Source of the DNA: Candidatus Omnitrophota bacterium
GTDB lineage: Bacteria; Omnitrophota; Gorgyraeia; Zapsychrales; Fredricksoniimonadaceae
Reading direction: 5' to 3'
Length of the DNA: 64,000 nucleotides
Assembly: GCA_016201795.1 (NCBI GenBank)
Contig: JACQCF010000014.1
Span: 49,648 to 113,647, forward strand
How positions within the stretch are numbered: position 1 is the stretch's first letter; the number at the start of each line of letters is the position of its first letter. This document shows positions 18,484 through 28,729 of this stretch, piece by piece. The notes beneath the pieces are model-generated. The model made no database searches. It was not told the origin of the DNA and saw nothing but the letters and a program-made list of their open reading frames with translations. The translations under genes and the position numbers were made by a program.

Positions 18484-19821
18484 ATGAAGAAGCACCGAGT
18501 TGTCTTAATACTATTTGTATTTGGATTAGTTATTTTTTTTCCCTTAAGAAGCCAAACAACGATGGCGGAAGAAACGGCTCCAGTACAGTCTACCTTGACC
18601 GAAGAGGAGGCTGTCAGGAATGCGATACGAAATAATTATGACTTACGGCTGGCAAAAGTAAGCGTTGAGTTGGCGAAAGCTCAACTCGTACAAGCAGGCT
18701 TATGGCCTAACCCGGAGGGTGAATTCTCTATCCGTAGTGATAAATATTACGCGAATGAAGGCGAGGGTGGTTATGAATATGGCCTCAATCAACCTATTCC
18801 GATAAGCGGCAGGTTATTCTCTCAAAAGAGGGTTGCCGAATTTGGCATTAAACGCGCCGAATGGCAATTGAACGACGTGAAAAGACAGGTTGTTGCAGAG
18901 GTAAAAAAAATATTCTATCAGGTCACCACACTTCAGGAAAAAGAAAAAATTTTAAGCTTTTTAGTTAAAACAAATCAGGATCTCCTTGAATCGGTGAAGG
19001 CAAGATTAAGTCAGGCCGAGGTTTCCAATGTTGACATCAGTTTAGCTCGTGGCGAACTTTTAATGGTGAGCCAGGAGCTTGCAGAAGTAAAAGCGCGTCT
19101 TTATGAATCGCGGGTCAATCTTAACAGGCTTATGGGACAGGGCTTAAACTATTCCTTCGCCACAGTATCTGAACCGTTAGCATTTCCATCCATTGATTTA
19201 GAAACAGCTACTCAAAATTCTTTAGAAAATCGCCCTGACCTGAAAGCAAAGGAATTGGAAGAGAAAATGGGCAGCGCTGCTCTAACCCTGGCCAAGGCCA
19301 TGCAGATACCTGACATTACGATAGGTGTTTTTTATCAAAGTGACAGGAATCGATTCGATGTGAACGATCAATTGATAAGCGATAACAGTCGTTTCATCGG
19401 GGCCAAAGTGTCAATACCCCTGCCGCTTTTTAACCGGAACCAAGGTGAGATCGCTAAGACCGCAGCCGAGAAAAAAGGTGCGGGTATTCAATATGAAGCC
19501 CTCAAGACACAGGTTGCTAAAGAAGTAGCGCAAGCGTATATCCGGTTAGCGGCGTCCAAAGAAATCATTGATTCCTATAGTAACGGAGTCAAGGAAGATG
19601 TGGAGAAATCAGTCAAATTAATGCAAAACGCTTATCTTCAAGGACAGGTGAGTGTATTTGATGTGGTTCAAACTCAGAGTAAATTTAACAGTATCGAAAA
19701 AGCTTATTTGGATGCCAGTCAAAACGCTAGAGAAGCGATCATCAACCTTGAGTCTGCGATTGGAGCGAGTTTAAAGAATGAAAAAATGGAGGAAGGAGCC
19801 CCGAAAGGAAAGAATCCATGA
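18484..19821 (+). CDS. TolC-family outer-membrane efflux protein (CusC/CzcC-like)
   Basis: Signal peptide followed by two outer-membrane-efflux-protein repeats (NNYDLRLAKVSVELAKAQL..., QNAREAIINLESAIG). Confidence 0.8.
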   Translation: MKKHRVVLILFVFGLVIFFPLRSQTTMAEETAPVQSTLTEEEAVRNAIRNNYDLRLAKVSVELAKAQLVQAGLWPNPEGEFSIRSDKYYANEGEGGYEYGLNQPIPISGRLFSQKRVAEFGIKRAEWQLNDVKRQVVAEVKKIFYQVTTLQEKEKILSFLVKTNQDLLESVKARLSQAEVSNVDISLARGELLMVSQELAEVKARLYESRVNLNRLMGQGLNYSFATVSEPLAFPSIDLETATQNSLENRPDLKAKELEEKMGSAALTLAKAMQIPDITIGVFYQSDRNRFDVNDQLISDNSRFIGAKVSIPLPLFNRNQGEIAKTAAEKKGAGIQYEALKTQVAKEVAQAYIRLAASKEIIDSYSNGVKEDVEKSVKLMQNAYLQGQVSVFDVVQTQSKFNSIEKAYLDASQNAREAIINLESAIGASLKNEKMEEGAPKGKNP

Positions 19822-20780
19822 AAATTCGAACAACAATTTTTACTTGTTTGGCAGCGATCGCCACAGTGATGTTATGTTTAGCCATACCGCAGCGATTATT
19901 TGCCCACGGCGCGGCCATCGAGACGGGCGGCGGGGGCGGTGGTGGGCCTGTAAAACTGACCAAGGAACAGCAAGCCGCCATCGGCTTGAAGACCGCGAAG
20001 GCCGAACTGGGTACTATTGATTCCGTCTTGGTGCTTAACGGCAAGGTGAAACTCGATCCAAATCTCCACATGCACGTCAGCACGCGTATTGAAGGCCGAG
20101 TTGAGAAACTTTACGCCAAGGTGGGTGATAGGGTAGAAAAAGGGCAGAAGCTCGTGGAAATCCAGTCACGCCAGATTGGTGACCCACCTCCTGTAGTCAC
20201 CATCGAGGCGATGGTCAATGGTATCATTAATGAACGCAGTATCACCCTCGGAGAAGCGGTTGAGCCTAACAAAGAGTTGTTTCATATCATTGATTTGTCT
20301 GAGGTCATCGTTGAAGCCGAGGTGTATGAAGAAGACATCGGCAAGGTGAAACTCGACCAATCCGTACGCATTCACGTCCCGGGATACCCCGCTGATGCCT
20401 TCGAGGGAAAAATCACGTTTGTCGGCTTGGAACTCGATCCTGAGAAACGTACGTTGCCCATCTGGATTTCAGTCAAGAATCCCGATTGGAAACTCCGGCC
20501 TGACATGTTTGCCAAAACCGCTGTTGTCCTCACTCACAACGAAGGTATTCTTTCCGTGCCGAAGGACGCGCTCATGGAGGAGGGCGGTGAGAAATTTGTG
20601 TTCGTACAGGTAGGCGACACGTTTAATCGCGTGGACGTGCAGGCGGGTGTTGAAGACGACCGCTTCGTTGAGATCAAAGATGGCCTCGTGCCCGACGATG
20701 TGGTCGTCACCGATGGCAAACGCGAGGTGTACACCAGTTGGTTGATGGGTGGAAAAAAGCCCGCTACCGACAAGGACTAG
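19818..20780 (+). CDS. Efflux RND periplasmic adaptor (second module) with a Gly7 linker
   Basis: Membrane-fusion-protein architecture (lipoyl/beta-barrel segments VLNGKVKLDPNLHMHVSTRIEGRV...). The start overlaps the TolC stop. Confidence 0.85.
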   Translation: MKIRTTIFTCLAAIATVMLCLAIPQRLFAHGAAIETGGGGGGGPVKLTKEQQAAIGLKTAKAELGTIDSVLVLNGKVKLDPNLHMHVSTRIEGRVEKLYAKVGDRVEKGQKLVEIQSRQIGDPPPVVTIEAMVNGIINERSITLGEAVEPNKELFHIIDLSEVIVEAEVYEEDIGKVKLDQSVRIHVPGYPADAFEGKITFVGLELDPEKRTLPIWISVKNPDWKLRPDMFAKTAVVLTHNEGILSVPKDALMEEGGEKFVFVQVGDTFNRVDVQAGVEDDRFVEIKDGLVPDDVVVTDGKREVYTSWLMGGKKPATDKD

Positions 20781-20804
20781 CCATCGAGAGCTGAAAGGAA
20801 GGTT

Positions 20805-23800
20805 ATGTTTGACAAACTGATCCTTTGGTCATTGAAGAACCGCCTGCTCGTTGTTGTTGGGCTGGTCGTGTTCCTGGTTATATCTACATTCACGACGATG
20901 CACATGCCCGTGGACGTGTTTCCCGAGTTTGCACCGCCACAGGTCGTCGTGCAAACCGAGTCGCCGGGACTTGCGCCCGAAGACGTTGAGTCGTTAATTA
21001 CATTTCCTGTCGAGAGCGCCGTCAACGGCACACCCGGCGTGGACAAAGTGCGTTCGCAATCCTCAGTCGGACTTTCAACCGTCATCATCGTGTTTGGCTG
21101 GGGAACAGACGTGTATGTGGCCAGACAGTTAGTCAACGAACGTATCCAGTCGGTGCGCGACCGTTTCCCCGCCGGTACGCAAGCACCCGTAATGTTGCCG
21201 ATCACATCGGCGGTTGGTTGGATGATCAAATACAGTCTTGAAAGCGACACACGCTCGCTGATGGACTTGCGCACAATTTCCGACTGGCAAATCCGACCGC
21301 GTATTCTAGCACTTGGCGGCGTTGCCTCAGTCGTGAGCATCGGTGGCGAAGTGAAGCAGTATCAGGTTCTTCTCGATCCTGACCGTATGAGCGCCTATCA
21401 CGTTAGTGTTGCCGAAGTGCAGGAGGCGCTGGCTAAAGCCAACGTAAATGTCCCCGGTGCGTTTCTGCAATCGCCAGGACAGGAATACATCGTCACCGGT
21501 ACGGCACGCATTCAATCGCTTGATGACTTACGGGACACAATTATTAAATATGAGAAAGGTACACCGATTTTTGTCCGCAACGTCGCCGAAGTAAAATTTG
21601 GCCCGCAGCTTAAGCGCGGCGACGGTGCCCTCAACCTTAAGAACGCCGTCATCGGTACGATCTCGAAAGCCTATGGCGCAGATACACTCGCCACGACTTA
21701 CAAAGCCGAGGCGGCATTGCGCGATATTCAAAAGCAGTTACCGCCGGACGTGAAACTGAATATGCAGGTCTTCCGCCAGGCGGACTTCATTGAAGGTTCA
21801 ATCCGTAATCTCAACCGAGCGCTCCTTGAAGGCGGCATCATCGTGACGCTCATCCTGTTCATCTTCCTGATGAACATCCGCGCGTCGTTCATCAGTTTTA
21901 TTTCGATGCCCGCGTCTTTGTTGGCTGGCGTGATGGTGCTGAAATGGTTTGGCGTGAGTCTCAACTCGATGACCATCGGCGGCTTGGCCATCGCTATCGG
22001 TGAGGTTGTGGACAACGCCATCATCGGCGTGGAAAATTGTTTTCGCCGACTCCGCTTGAACCGCGAGTCGTCCGCGCCGCGTCCGTCATTCGACATTGTG
22101 TTCGAGGCGACGAGCGAAATTATGAACTCGGTCGTCTATGCCACTTGTATCGTGGCGATTGTATTTCTACCTATCTTTTTTCTTCCCGGTTTGGAAGGAC
22201 GTATTTTTGCTCCGTTGGGAATTACCTATCTCGGCGCGTTGATTTGTTCGCTGGTGGTGGCGGTGACCGTCACACCTGCGCTTTGCTACCTGCTTATCGG
22301 CAACACGAAGAAGGAACTGCGCGAAAGTTTCGTTGCGCATTGGCTGAAGAAATACTATGAGCGATTACTGCATTTCACGCTGCGCCACGTGTGGCCCATC
22401 GTCATTACGGCGTTGGTTCTCGTCGGCGTGGTCATGGCGTTGATTCCGTTCCTCGGGCGTTCGTTCATGCCTGAGTTTCACGAGGGGAATTTCATCGTTG
22501 TACAAAGCACGTTGCCAGGCACATCGCTCGATGAATCCATGCGGCTTGGGCTTCTCGTGCGTCAGAAGCTTCTCAAATATCCGCAGGTCGTCTTGATTTC
22601 ACAGCGCGCGGGCCGCAGTGAACTCGATGAGGACGCTCAGCCGCCGAATTTCAGCGAGTTCGACGTAAAACTCGATTACGACCGTGACAGGAATATGCCA
22701 CCCGAAGAGTTGTTACGCCGCATTCGGGCTGACCTTTCGAAAATTCCCGGTGCGGTTTACAACATTGGCCAGTTTATCTCGCACCGATTCGACGAAGTAC
22801 TCTCAGGTGTACGTGCGCAAGTTGCCATCAAGATTTATGGCGACGACCTAGCGAAGCTGCGGCAAATCGGCTGGCAGGTGCAACAAATTCTGCAAACCGT
22901 GAAGGGCGTTGAAGACCTCGCGTTGGAGCAGCAGATCAATGTACCGCAGCTTATCATCCGTGTAAATCGTGAAAAGGCCAGCCGCTATGGAATTAAAACG
23001 GGCGAGTTGGCCGAGACGGTTGAGACGTTGCTTAACGGTATTACCGTCTCACAAGTGCTAGAAGGACAGAAATCGTTTGATCTGTATTTGCGTTTGCAGG
23101 ATTCGGCGCGCAACGACGCGAATTCCATCCGTAACATCCTCGTGGACGCGCCCGCGCTCGCCAAGAGCGGCGACGTGAAAGTCCCGCTGCGACAAGTCGC
23201 GCGGGTTGAGTTTGAACAGAAACCCTACTTCATCAACCGCGAAGACGTGCAACGGCGCATTGTCGTCTCCTGCAATGTTGCGGGGCGCGACCTCAACAGC
23301 CTGATTGTTGAGGCGCAGAAGAAAATCAACGAGCAAGTCACGCCAAAACTGCCGGGTGGCTATTTCATCCAATACGGTGGCCAGTTCGAGAGCCAGCAGG
23401 AAGCGCAGCGGATTTTGATGCTCTTTGGTATCGGCGCGGTGGTTGGTATTTTCCTAATGCTGTACCAGGCATTCGGTACAACGCGCGAGGCGTTGCTGGT
23501 GATGCTAAATCTGCCACTGGCGCTCATCGGCGGCGTGATTGCCGTTTTCTTGGCGGGCCGCGACTTAAGCGTACCGGCGATGATCGGGTTTATCAGCTTG
23601 TTTGGGATTGCCTCGCGCAACGGCGTCATTTTGGTCAGCCACTACAACCAGCTTCGCAAGGAAGGAAAATCACTGCGCGAGACGGTCGTGGAAGGCTCGC
23701 TCGACCGACTAAACCCCGTGCTGATGACTGCCGCGACCGCCGCATTAGGCCTTGTGCCATTGCTGTGGGGCGATCCAACGGGCAAGGAATTAGAGCGCCC

Positions 23801-23939
23801 CTTGGCGCACGTAATTCTCGGCGGTCTGTTCACCTCGACGTTTCTCAACATGGTCGTGATCCCGACTTTGTACAACAAGATTGAAGAGATTCGTCAGAAG
23901 CGGACCCAAAACAAAACCAACCCTCCAAAGGAGAATTAG
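20805..23939 (+). CDS. Heavy-metal efflux RND permease (CzcA/CusA family), second copy
   Basis: 1044 aa, paralogous to the 14692 gene (MFDKLILWSLKNRLLV...). Its GC content is visibly higher than the first copy. Confidence 0.9.
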   Translation: MFDKLILWSLKNRLLVVVGLVVFLVISTFTTMHMPVDVFPEFAPPQVVVQTESPGLAPEDVESLITFPVESAVNGTPGVDKVRSQSSVGLSTVIIVFGWGTDVYVARQLVNERIQSVRDRFPAGTQAPVMLPITSAVGWMIKYSLESDTRSLMDLRTISDWQIRPRILALGGVASVVSIGGEVKQYQVLLDPDRMSAYHVSVAEVQEALAKANVNVPGAFLQSPGQEYIVTGTARIQSLDDLRDTIIKYEKGTPIFVRNVAEVKFGPQLKRGDGALNLKNAVIGTISKAYGADTLATTYKAEAALRDIQKQLPPDVKLNMQVFRQADFIEGSIRNLNRALLEGGIIVTLILFIFLMNIRASFISFISMPASLLAGVMVLKWFGVSLNSMTIGGLAIAIGEVVDNAIIGVENCFRRLRLNRESSAPRPSFDIVFEATSEIMNSVVYATCIVAIVFLPIFFLPGLEGRIFAPLGITYLGALICSLVVAVTVTPALCYLLIGNTKKELRESFVAHWLKKYYERLLHFTLRHVWPIVITALVLVGVVMALIPFLGRSFMPEFHEGNFIVVQSTLPGTSLDESMRLGLLVRQKLLKYPQVVLISQRAGRSELDEDAQPPNFSEFDVKLDYDRDRNMPPEELLRRIRADLSKIPGAVYNIGQFISHRFDEVLSGVRAQVAIKIYGDDLAKLRQIGWQVQQILQTVKGVEDLALEQQINVPQLIIRVNREKASRYGIKTGELAETVETLLNGITVSQVLEGQKSFDLYLRLQDSARNDANSIRNILVDAPALAKSGDVKVPLRQVARVEFEQKPYFINREDVQRRIVVSCNVAGRDLNSLIVEAQKKINEQVTPKLPGGYFIQYGGQFESQQEAQRILMLFGIGAVVGIFLMLYQAFGTTREALLVMLNLPLALIGGVIAVFLAGRDLSVPAMIGFISLFGIASRNGVILVSHYNQLRKEGKSLRETVVEGSLDRLNPVLMTAATAALGLVPLLWGDPTGKELERPLAHVILGGLFTSTFLNMVVIPTLYNKIEEIRQKRTQNKTNPPKEN

Positions 23940-23940
23940 T

Positions 23941-24405
23941 ATGAAAACAAAATGGGTCGTCATCGTATTATTAAGTGTGGTGTTTGGCGTTGTTCGGTTC
24001 GCGTCGGCAGCCGAAGAACATGAACATAAAGAAGGTGAAGCGAAAATCCCCGCCACCATTAGCGGTATCTGGGCCGAGGTGAAGGAACACGAAGAACAAC
24101 TCGGCAAAATCATCGCGGACAAAAAGCTCGACAAGGTGCATGAGGTTGCCTTCGAGATCCGCGATTTGGTCAACGCCCTGCCAGACAAATCCATGGATCT
24201 GCTCGATGACAAACTGGCCAAGGTCAAGTCCAACGTCAAGTATGTGGCGGATATCGCCAAGCGTCTTGACGAATCCGGCGACGCCGGCGATCAAGTCGTC
24301 ACGGAAGCTAATTTCAAGAAGTTGCAGGACTTCTTGAAGACCATTGAAGCTCAATACCTGCCCGAGAAACTCAAGTACGAAGAAAAGAACGAACACAAAG
24401 AATAG
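23941..24405 (+). CDS. Periplasmic helical protein with His/Glu-rich termini (putative metal-binding chaperone or sensor-like)
   Basis: AAGGAG ribosome-binding site. Signal peptide. EEHEHKEGE at the N-terminus and EEKNEHKE at the C-terminus. Confidence 0.45.
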   Translation: MKTKWVVIVLLSVVFGVVRFASAAEEHEHKEGEAKIPATISGIWAEVKEHEEQLGKIIADKKLDKVHEVAFEIRDLVNALPDKSMDLLDDKLAKVKSNVKYVADIAKRLDESGDAGDQVVTEANFKKLQDFLKTIEAQYLPEKLKYEEKNEHKE

Positions 24406-24428
24406 CTGCAATAAAAAGGATAAAACCC

Positions 24429-26720
24429 ATGATATATAAAGATCCTGTCTGTGGCATGAATGTTGATTCAGCATCAGGTATTCATGCTCATGTGCATGGA
24501 CAGGATTTTTATTTTTGCTGCCAACATTGTAAAGAGAAATTTCTGCGACAAAACAAATCTTCTACGCCAATATCTGCTCAACATGCACCCGTGCTTAAGT
24601 TTCATGAAACTTACGGGTGCCCTATGCATCCGGAAATCCATCAGAACCATCCTGGTGATTGTCCCCAATGCGGGATGCCGCTGGAGTCTTTATCCATCAA
24701 TGGTGATGAGGATCATGAAAAGAAACTGCTAAAAATTTTGAGCAGGAAGTTTTGGCTGGGACTTGTTCTAACGTTGCCGGTTTTAGTATTGGCGATGACA
24801 GAATTGTTGCCTTGGATGCAACTGGCTCTGGCAACAGCCGTGGTTTTGTTCAGTGGAGGTTTTTTGTTCACAAAAGCCTGGCAGTCACTGGTAAATAAAT
24901 CTTTGAATATGTTCACGCTGATTGCCTTGGGGGTTGGCGTGGCGTATGTCGATAGCCTTATCGCTGTTATGTTCCCGGATATCTTTCCATCGTCGATGAA
25001 AGCCAGAGGACAAGTCAATTTGTATTTTGAGGCGGCTTGTGTGATTACGGTACTGGTGGTCTTAGGTCAGCTGCTGGAAGCCAAAGCCCGCAGCCGAACC
25101 GGTCAGGCCATCAAAGCTTTGTTAGGATTAGCCGCCAAGAACGCTCACCGCATGAAGGACAGTCTCGAAGAGGATGTGCCCATTGACCAAATCCAAAAGG
25201 GTGATTTATTGCGCGTGAAGCCCGGGGAAAAAATTCCCACCGATGGCGTGATCGTGGATGGCCGCAGCGCCGTGGATGAGTCCATGATTTCCGGCGAGCC
25301 GATGCCTGTGGCCAAAACCGTCGGGGATCAAGTGATTGGCGCCACCGTCAATCAAACCGGCTCCTTTGTGATGCAAGCACAGAGAGTAGGTCGTGAAACT
25401 TTGTTAGCTCAAATTGTCGAGATGGTCGCCCGGGCCCAGCGCAGCCGCGCGCCCATTCAAAAACTGGCGGATAAGGTCTCGGGTTATTTCGTGCCCGTCG
25501 TCATTGCCATTAGTATGATCACATTTTTTATGTGGATGCTTTTAGGGCCCCAACCTCATCTAGCCTATGCCATGGTCAATGCCATTGCCGTTTTGATTAT
25601 CGCTTGTCCTTGCGCTTTGGGGTTGGCGACACCGATGTCCGTTATGGTCGGGGTTGGCCGTGGCGCGCAAATGGGCGTGCTCATCAAAAACGCCGAAGCG
25701 ATAGAGAAAGCCCAGAACATCACTCATGTCTTGACGGATAAAACAGGCACTTTAACCACCGGTAAACCTACGGTCACTGCGCTTAAGTCCGTACAAAATT
25801 TTAGCGATGACCAGTTAATATCTATGGCAGCTTCTCTGGAAGCGCACAGCGAGCATCCTTTGGCTAAGGCCGTGGTGGATTATGCTCAATCAAAAGGGAT
25901 TACTGTCTCTTCCATTAACAATTTTGTTTCTGTAACGGGGGCCGGAATCCAAGCACAATGCAATGGCCAAGACGTGCTATTAGGCAAGGCGGATTTTTTC
26001 AAAGACAAAGGGATCATTCTTCCTGATGATCTTCAACAACAAGCAATCGAATGGCAAAATAAGGCACAGACCGTTGTGTGGGTGGGCCTGGATAAGAAAG
26101 CCGTCGGTATCATAGCCATGGCTGATCCCATTAAGCCGACGACACCGTCCGCCGTTAGGGATTTGCATCAGATGGGACTTAAAGTGGTGATGTTGACCGG
26201 CGATAACCAAACCACCGCTTCTGCCATTGCTAAAGAGCTTGGGTTAGACGAGGTCTATGCGCAATTAAAACCTCAGGATAAAATGGAAATCATTAAGAGA
26301 TATAAAACCCAGGGAGCAAAGGTGCTGATGGCCGGCGACGGGATTAACGACGCGCCGGCTTTGGCTGAGGCCCAAGTGGGGGTAGCTATGGGCACAGGGA
26401 CGGATGTGGCCATTGAAAGTGCGGGGATGACCCTGGTCAAAGGGGATATCAACGGTATTGTTAAGGCGTTATATTTAAGCAAGGCCGTGATGCGTAACAT
26501 CAAACAAAATTTGTTTTTTTCGTTTATTTATAATTTTCTTGGCGTACCGATTGCGGCGGGAGTGCTGTATCCTGTTTTTGGCATCTTATTAAGTCCCATG
26601 ATTGCCGGTGCAGCCATGAGTTTTAGTTCAGTTTCTGTCATAGGCAATGCTTTAAGGTTGAATCGGTGGAAATTAACGGCTGAAAATTTTTTGGAAGAAA
26701 GGCATAAAGGAGGTGATTAA
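24429..26720 (+). CDS. copA: Copper/heavy-metal translocating P1B-type ATPase
   Basis: CPC motif ([10 protein letters not shown]), DKTGTLT and GDGINDAP. The N-terminus carries a TRASH/YHS-like motif (CGMNV...[10 protein letters not shown]) and a CPMHP...CPQCGM motif. Confidence 0.9.
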   Translation: MIYKDPVCGMNVDSASGIHAHVHGQDFYFCCQHCKEKFLRQNKSSTPISAQHAPVLKFHETYGCPMHPEIHQNHPGDCPQCGMPLESLSINGDEDHEKKLLKILSRKFWLGLVLTLPVLVLAMTELLPWMQLALATAVVLFSGGFLFTKAWQSLVNKSLNMFTLIALGVGVAYVDSLIAVMFPDIFPSSMKARGQVNLYFEAACVITVLVVLGQLLEAKARSRTGQAIKALLGLAAKNAHRMKDSLEEDVPIDQIQKGDLLRVKPGEKIPTDGVIVDGRSAVDESMISGEPMPVAKTVGDQVIGATVNQTGSFVMQAQRVGRETLLAQIVEMVARAQRSRAPIQKLADKVSGYFVPVVIAISMITFFMWMLLGPQPHLAYAMVNAIAVLIIACPCALGLATPMSVMVGVGRGAQMGVLIKNAEAIEKAQNITHVLTDKTGTLTTGKPTVTALKSVQNFSDDQLISMAASLEAHSEHPLAKAVVDYAQSKGITVSSINNFVSVTGAGIQAQCNGQDVLLGKADFFKDKGIILPDDLQQQAIEWQNKAQTVVWVGLDKKAVGIIAMADPIKPTTPSAVRDLHQMGLKVVMLTGDNQTTASAIAKELGLDEVYAQLKPQDKMEIIKRYKTQGAKVLMAGDGINDAPALAEAQVGVAMGTGTDVAIESAGMTLVKGDINGIVKALYLSKAVMRNIKQNLFFSFIYNFLGVPIAAGVLYPVFGILLSPMIAGAAMSFSSVSVIGNALRLNRWKLTAENFLEERHKGGD

Positions 26721-27953
26721 CAGCAAGATGGTCAGAATAATCAAAATAATGGTGGTCGACCAGCCGACGATGTTTTGAAATTTAGTATTCACTTTATCGC
26801 CCATGATTTCCGTATTATTGACCATGCGCATCATGGAGATTAAGACGATGGGCAGAAGCATGGCATTAATGACCTGGGTCCATATGGTAATTTCTATTAA
26901 AGGGGCGTTGGGTATGAGAATAATAATGACCGCGATGGTAAGGATGGAGGCAAACAACGTATAAAATTGGGGTGCGTCCTCGACGCGTTTATCAATCCCT
27001 GCTTCAAAGCCGAAGGCCTCGCAGATATAAAATGATGTTGCCAGCGGCAGAATGGTAGCCGAAAACACGGAGGCCACAAACAGGCCAAAGGCAAACAACT
27101 CCGAGGCCAGTATGCCGGCGAAAGGTTTGAGTGCCAGTGCGGCATCTTTGGCTTCGTGGATGACAATACCGTTTTGATGCAGGGTCGCGGCGCAGGAGAT
27201 GATGATAAATAACGCCACCACGATGGTGGCCACGCAACCGACGATGACATCCCACCGCGCGAATTTGTAATCCTCATGGCTGATACCTTTTTCGATGACG
27301 GCCGACTGCATATAAAACTGCATCCAGGGGGCAATGGTGGTGCCGATGATCCCTAAAACCATGCTGATATAATTTTTGTTCCATTCGATTTCGGGTTTAA
27401 CGAAGGCGGTGGCGATTTGACCCCAGTCTGGTCTGGCCAGCAAAGCGGAGATAATGTACGACAGAAGGCAAACACTAAACAGCAGAAAAATGCGTTCCGC
27501 CATTTTATAGTTGCCTTTGGTCACCAACATCCATACGCCCAGTGCCGTCAAGGGCACGGAGATATATTTGCTGATGCCAAAAATCGACATGCTGCCGGCC
27601 ACTCCGGCAAATTCGGTGGCGGTGTTGCCCAAGTCCGCAAACAGAAGTCCCAGAAAAATCCAGAAGGTAAGCTTGACGCCGAAATTTTCACGGATCAGAT
27701 CCGCCAGGCCTTTGCCGGTGTAGACGCCCATGCGCAGATTCATTTCCTGCACCACCACCAGGGCGATGAAGGAGGGGATTAAAGTCCAAAGCAGGCCATA
27801 ACCGTAAATGGCTCCGGCGACGGAATAGGTGGTGATGCCGCCCGCATCATTGTCCACGCTGCCGGTGACAATACCGGGCCCGAGGATGGCTAAAAATAAA
27901 CCAAAGTTTTTTAATAAACGGTTTTCTCTAATTTTTTCTATGAAACGCATCAA
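26673..27953 (-). CDS. Nramp/SLC11-family metal-ion transporter with non-canonical metal-site motifs
   Basis: LGPG...DNDAGG aligns with the canonical LGPG...DPGN motif. The TM6 segment IAPWMQFY aligns with IMPHNLY. The overall Nramp fold signature is intact. Its 3' end overlaps the 3' end of copA (convergent). Confidence 0.75.
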   Translation of the reverse strand: MMRFIEKIRENRLLKNFGLFLAILGPGIVTGSVDNDAGGITTYSVAGAIYGYGLLWTLIPSFIALVVVQEMNLRMGVYTGKGLADLIRENFGVKLTFWIFLGLLFADLGNTATEFAGVAGSMSIFGISKYISVPLTALGVWMLVTKGNYKMAERIFLLFSVCLLSYIISALLARPDWGQIATAFVKPEIEWNKNYISMVLGIIGTTIAPWMQFYMQSAVIEKGISHEDYKFARWDVIVGCVATIVVALFIIISCAATLHQNGIVIHEAKDAALALKPFAGILASELFAFGLFVASVFSATILPLATSFYICEAFGFEAGIDKRVEDAPQFYTLFASILTIAVIIILIPNAPLIEITIWTQVINAMLLPIVLISMMRMVNNTEIMGDKVNTKFQNIVGWSTTIILIILTILLLITSFMPFFQKIFSR

Positions 27954-28132
27954 TGTCCTTTATAAATTTCCGCCAAAGGCGGATCCGTGAAGTCTCATCA
28001 TATAATAAAAGAGGCGGTCGTTGCAAGAGAGGAAAAGTAATTTCGTGTTGTTGATTGAGTACGAATCGGTTAAAATAATCATCATTACTAAGGAGATGAA
28101 GCCGCCCAACAAAAAATGTAAAGGAAAATGCT

Positions 28133-28723
28133 ATGTCCAATGAAATCCTTCTAGCTTTTATTCCGATGTTTTTTGCCATGGACCCGCTGGGGATCTTGGC
28201 TATTTTTGCCGGTTTGACTCACGGATTTTCAGCAGCGCAGAAACGCAAGATCATTGTCCAGTCGCTGTTGACCGCCATTTTGGTCGCTATTGGTTTTATT
28301 TTTTTGGGCAGGGCCATTTTTCATTTTTTAGGCATCGGCATAGGTGACTTTATGATTGCCGGCGGGGTGATTCTTTTTTGCCTGTCCATGGTGGATATGC
28401 TCAGTCAAAGCCTGCCGACCAGAAGACTCAAATCCGCGGATTTGGGAGCGGTTCCCATTGGCACACCGCTCATTGTCGGGCCTGCGGTTTTGACCATGGC
28501 GCTAATGTTGATGAATCAATTTGGCCTGGTGGTGGCTTTGATGGCGGTCGTGGCCAATATTGCCATTGTGGCCGTGGTCTTTTCGTTTTCCGAGAAACTG
28601 ATTCACCTCTTGGGAGCCAGCGGCTCCAGGGCCCTATCTAAAGTGATGTCTCTTTTGCTTGCCGCCATTGGCGTGATGATGATCCGCCGGGGCATTATGG
28701 AAATCATTGCTTCTTTGAAGTAA
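28133..28723 (+). CDS. marC: MarC-family (UPF0056) membrane protein
   Basis: IPMFFAMDPLGILAIFAGLT is a typical MarC N-terminus. Six TM helices are predicted. Confidence 0.75.
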   Translation: MSNEILLAFIPMFFAMDPLGILAIFAGLTHGFSAAQKRKIIVQSLLTAILVAIGFIFLGRAIFHFLGIGIGDFMIAGGVILFCLSMVDMLSQSLPTRRLKSADLGAVPIGTPLIVGPAVLTMALMLMNQFGLVVALMAVVANIAIVAVVFSFSEKLIHLLGASGSRALSKVMSLLLAAIGVMMIRRGIMEIIASLK

Positions 28724-28729
28724 CCCGCC

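Noticed and set aside
19921-19945. G-rich tract (ggcggcgggggcggtggtggg) that could be a phase-variable homopolymer
   Set aside because: It is a mixed GGN codon run encoding a Gly7 linker in the adaptor protein, not a true mononucleotide repeat. Slipped-strand switching is unlikely.
20777-21340. 187-aa minus-strand ORF (with similar antisense ORFs at 21728-22096 and 23790-24260) inside the second RND pump gene
   Set aside because: Fully embedded antisense to a long, well-supported RND permease ORF. The Ser/Thr/Pro-rich low-complexity translation is typical of a GC-rich antisense frame.
27954-28132. Possible yybP-ykoY (Mn) riboswitch in the divergent region between the Nramp-like gene and marC
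   Set aside because: Only a short ccgcc-aaa-ggcgg hairpin is visible. The conserved riboswitch core could not be recognised by eye, and the Nramp gene itself has non-canonical metal-site motifs.
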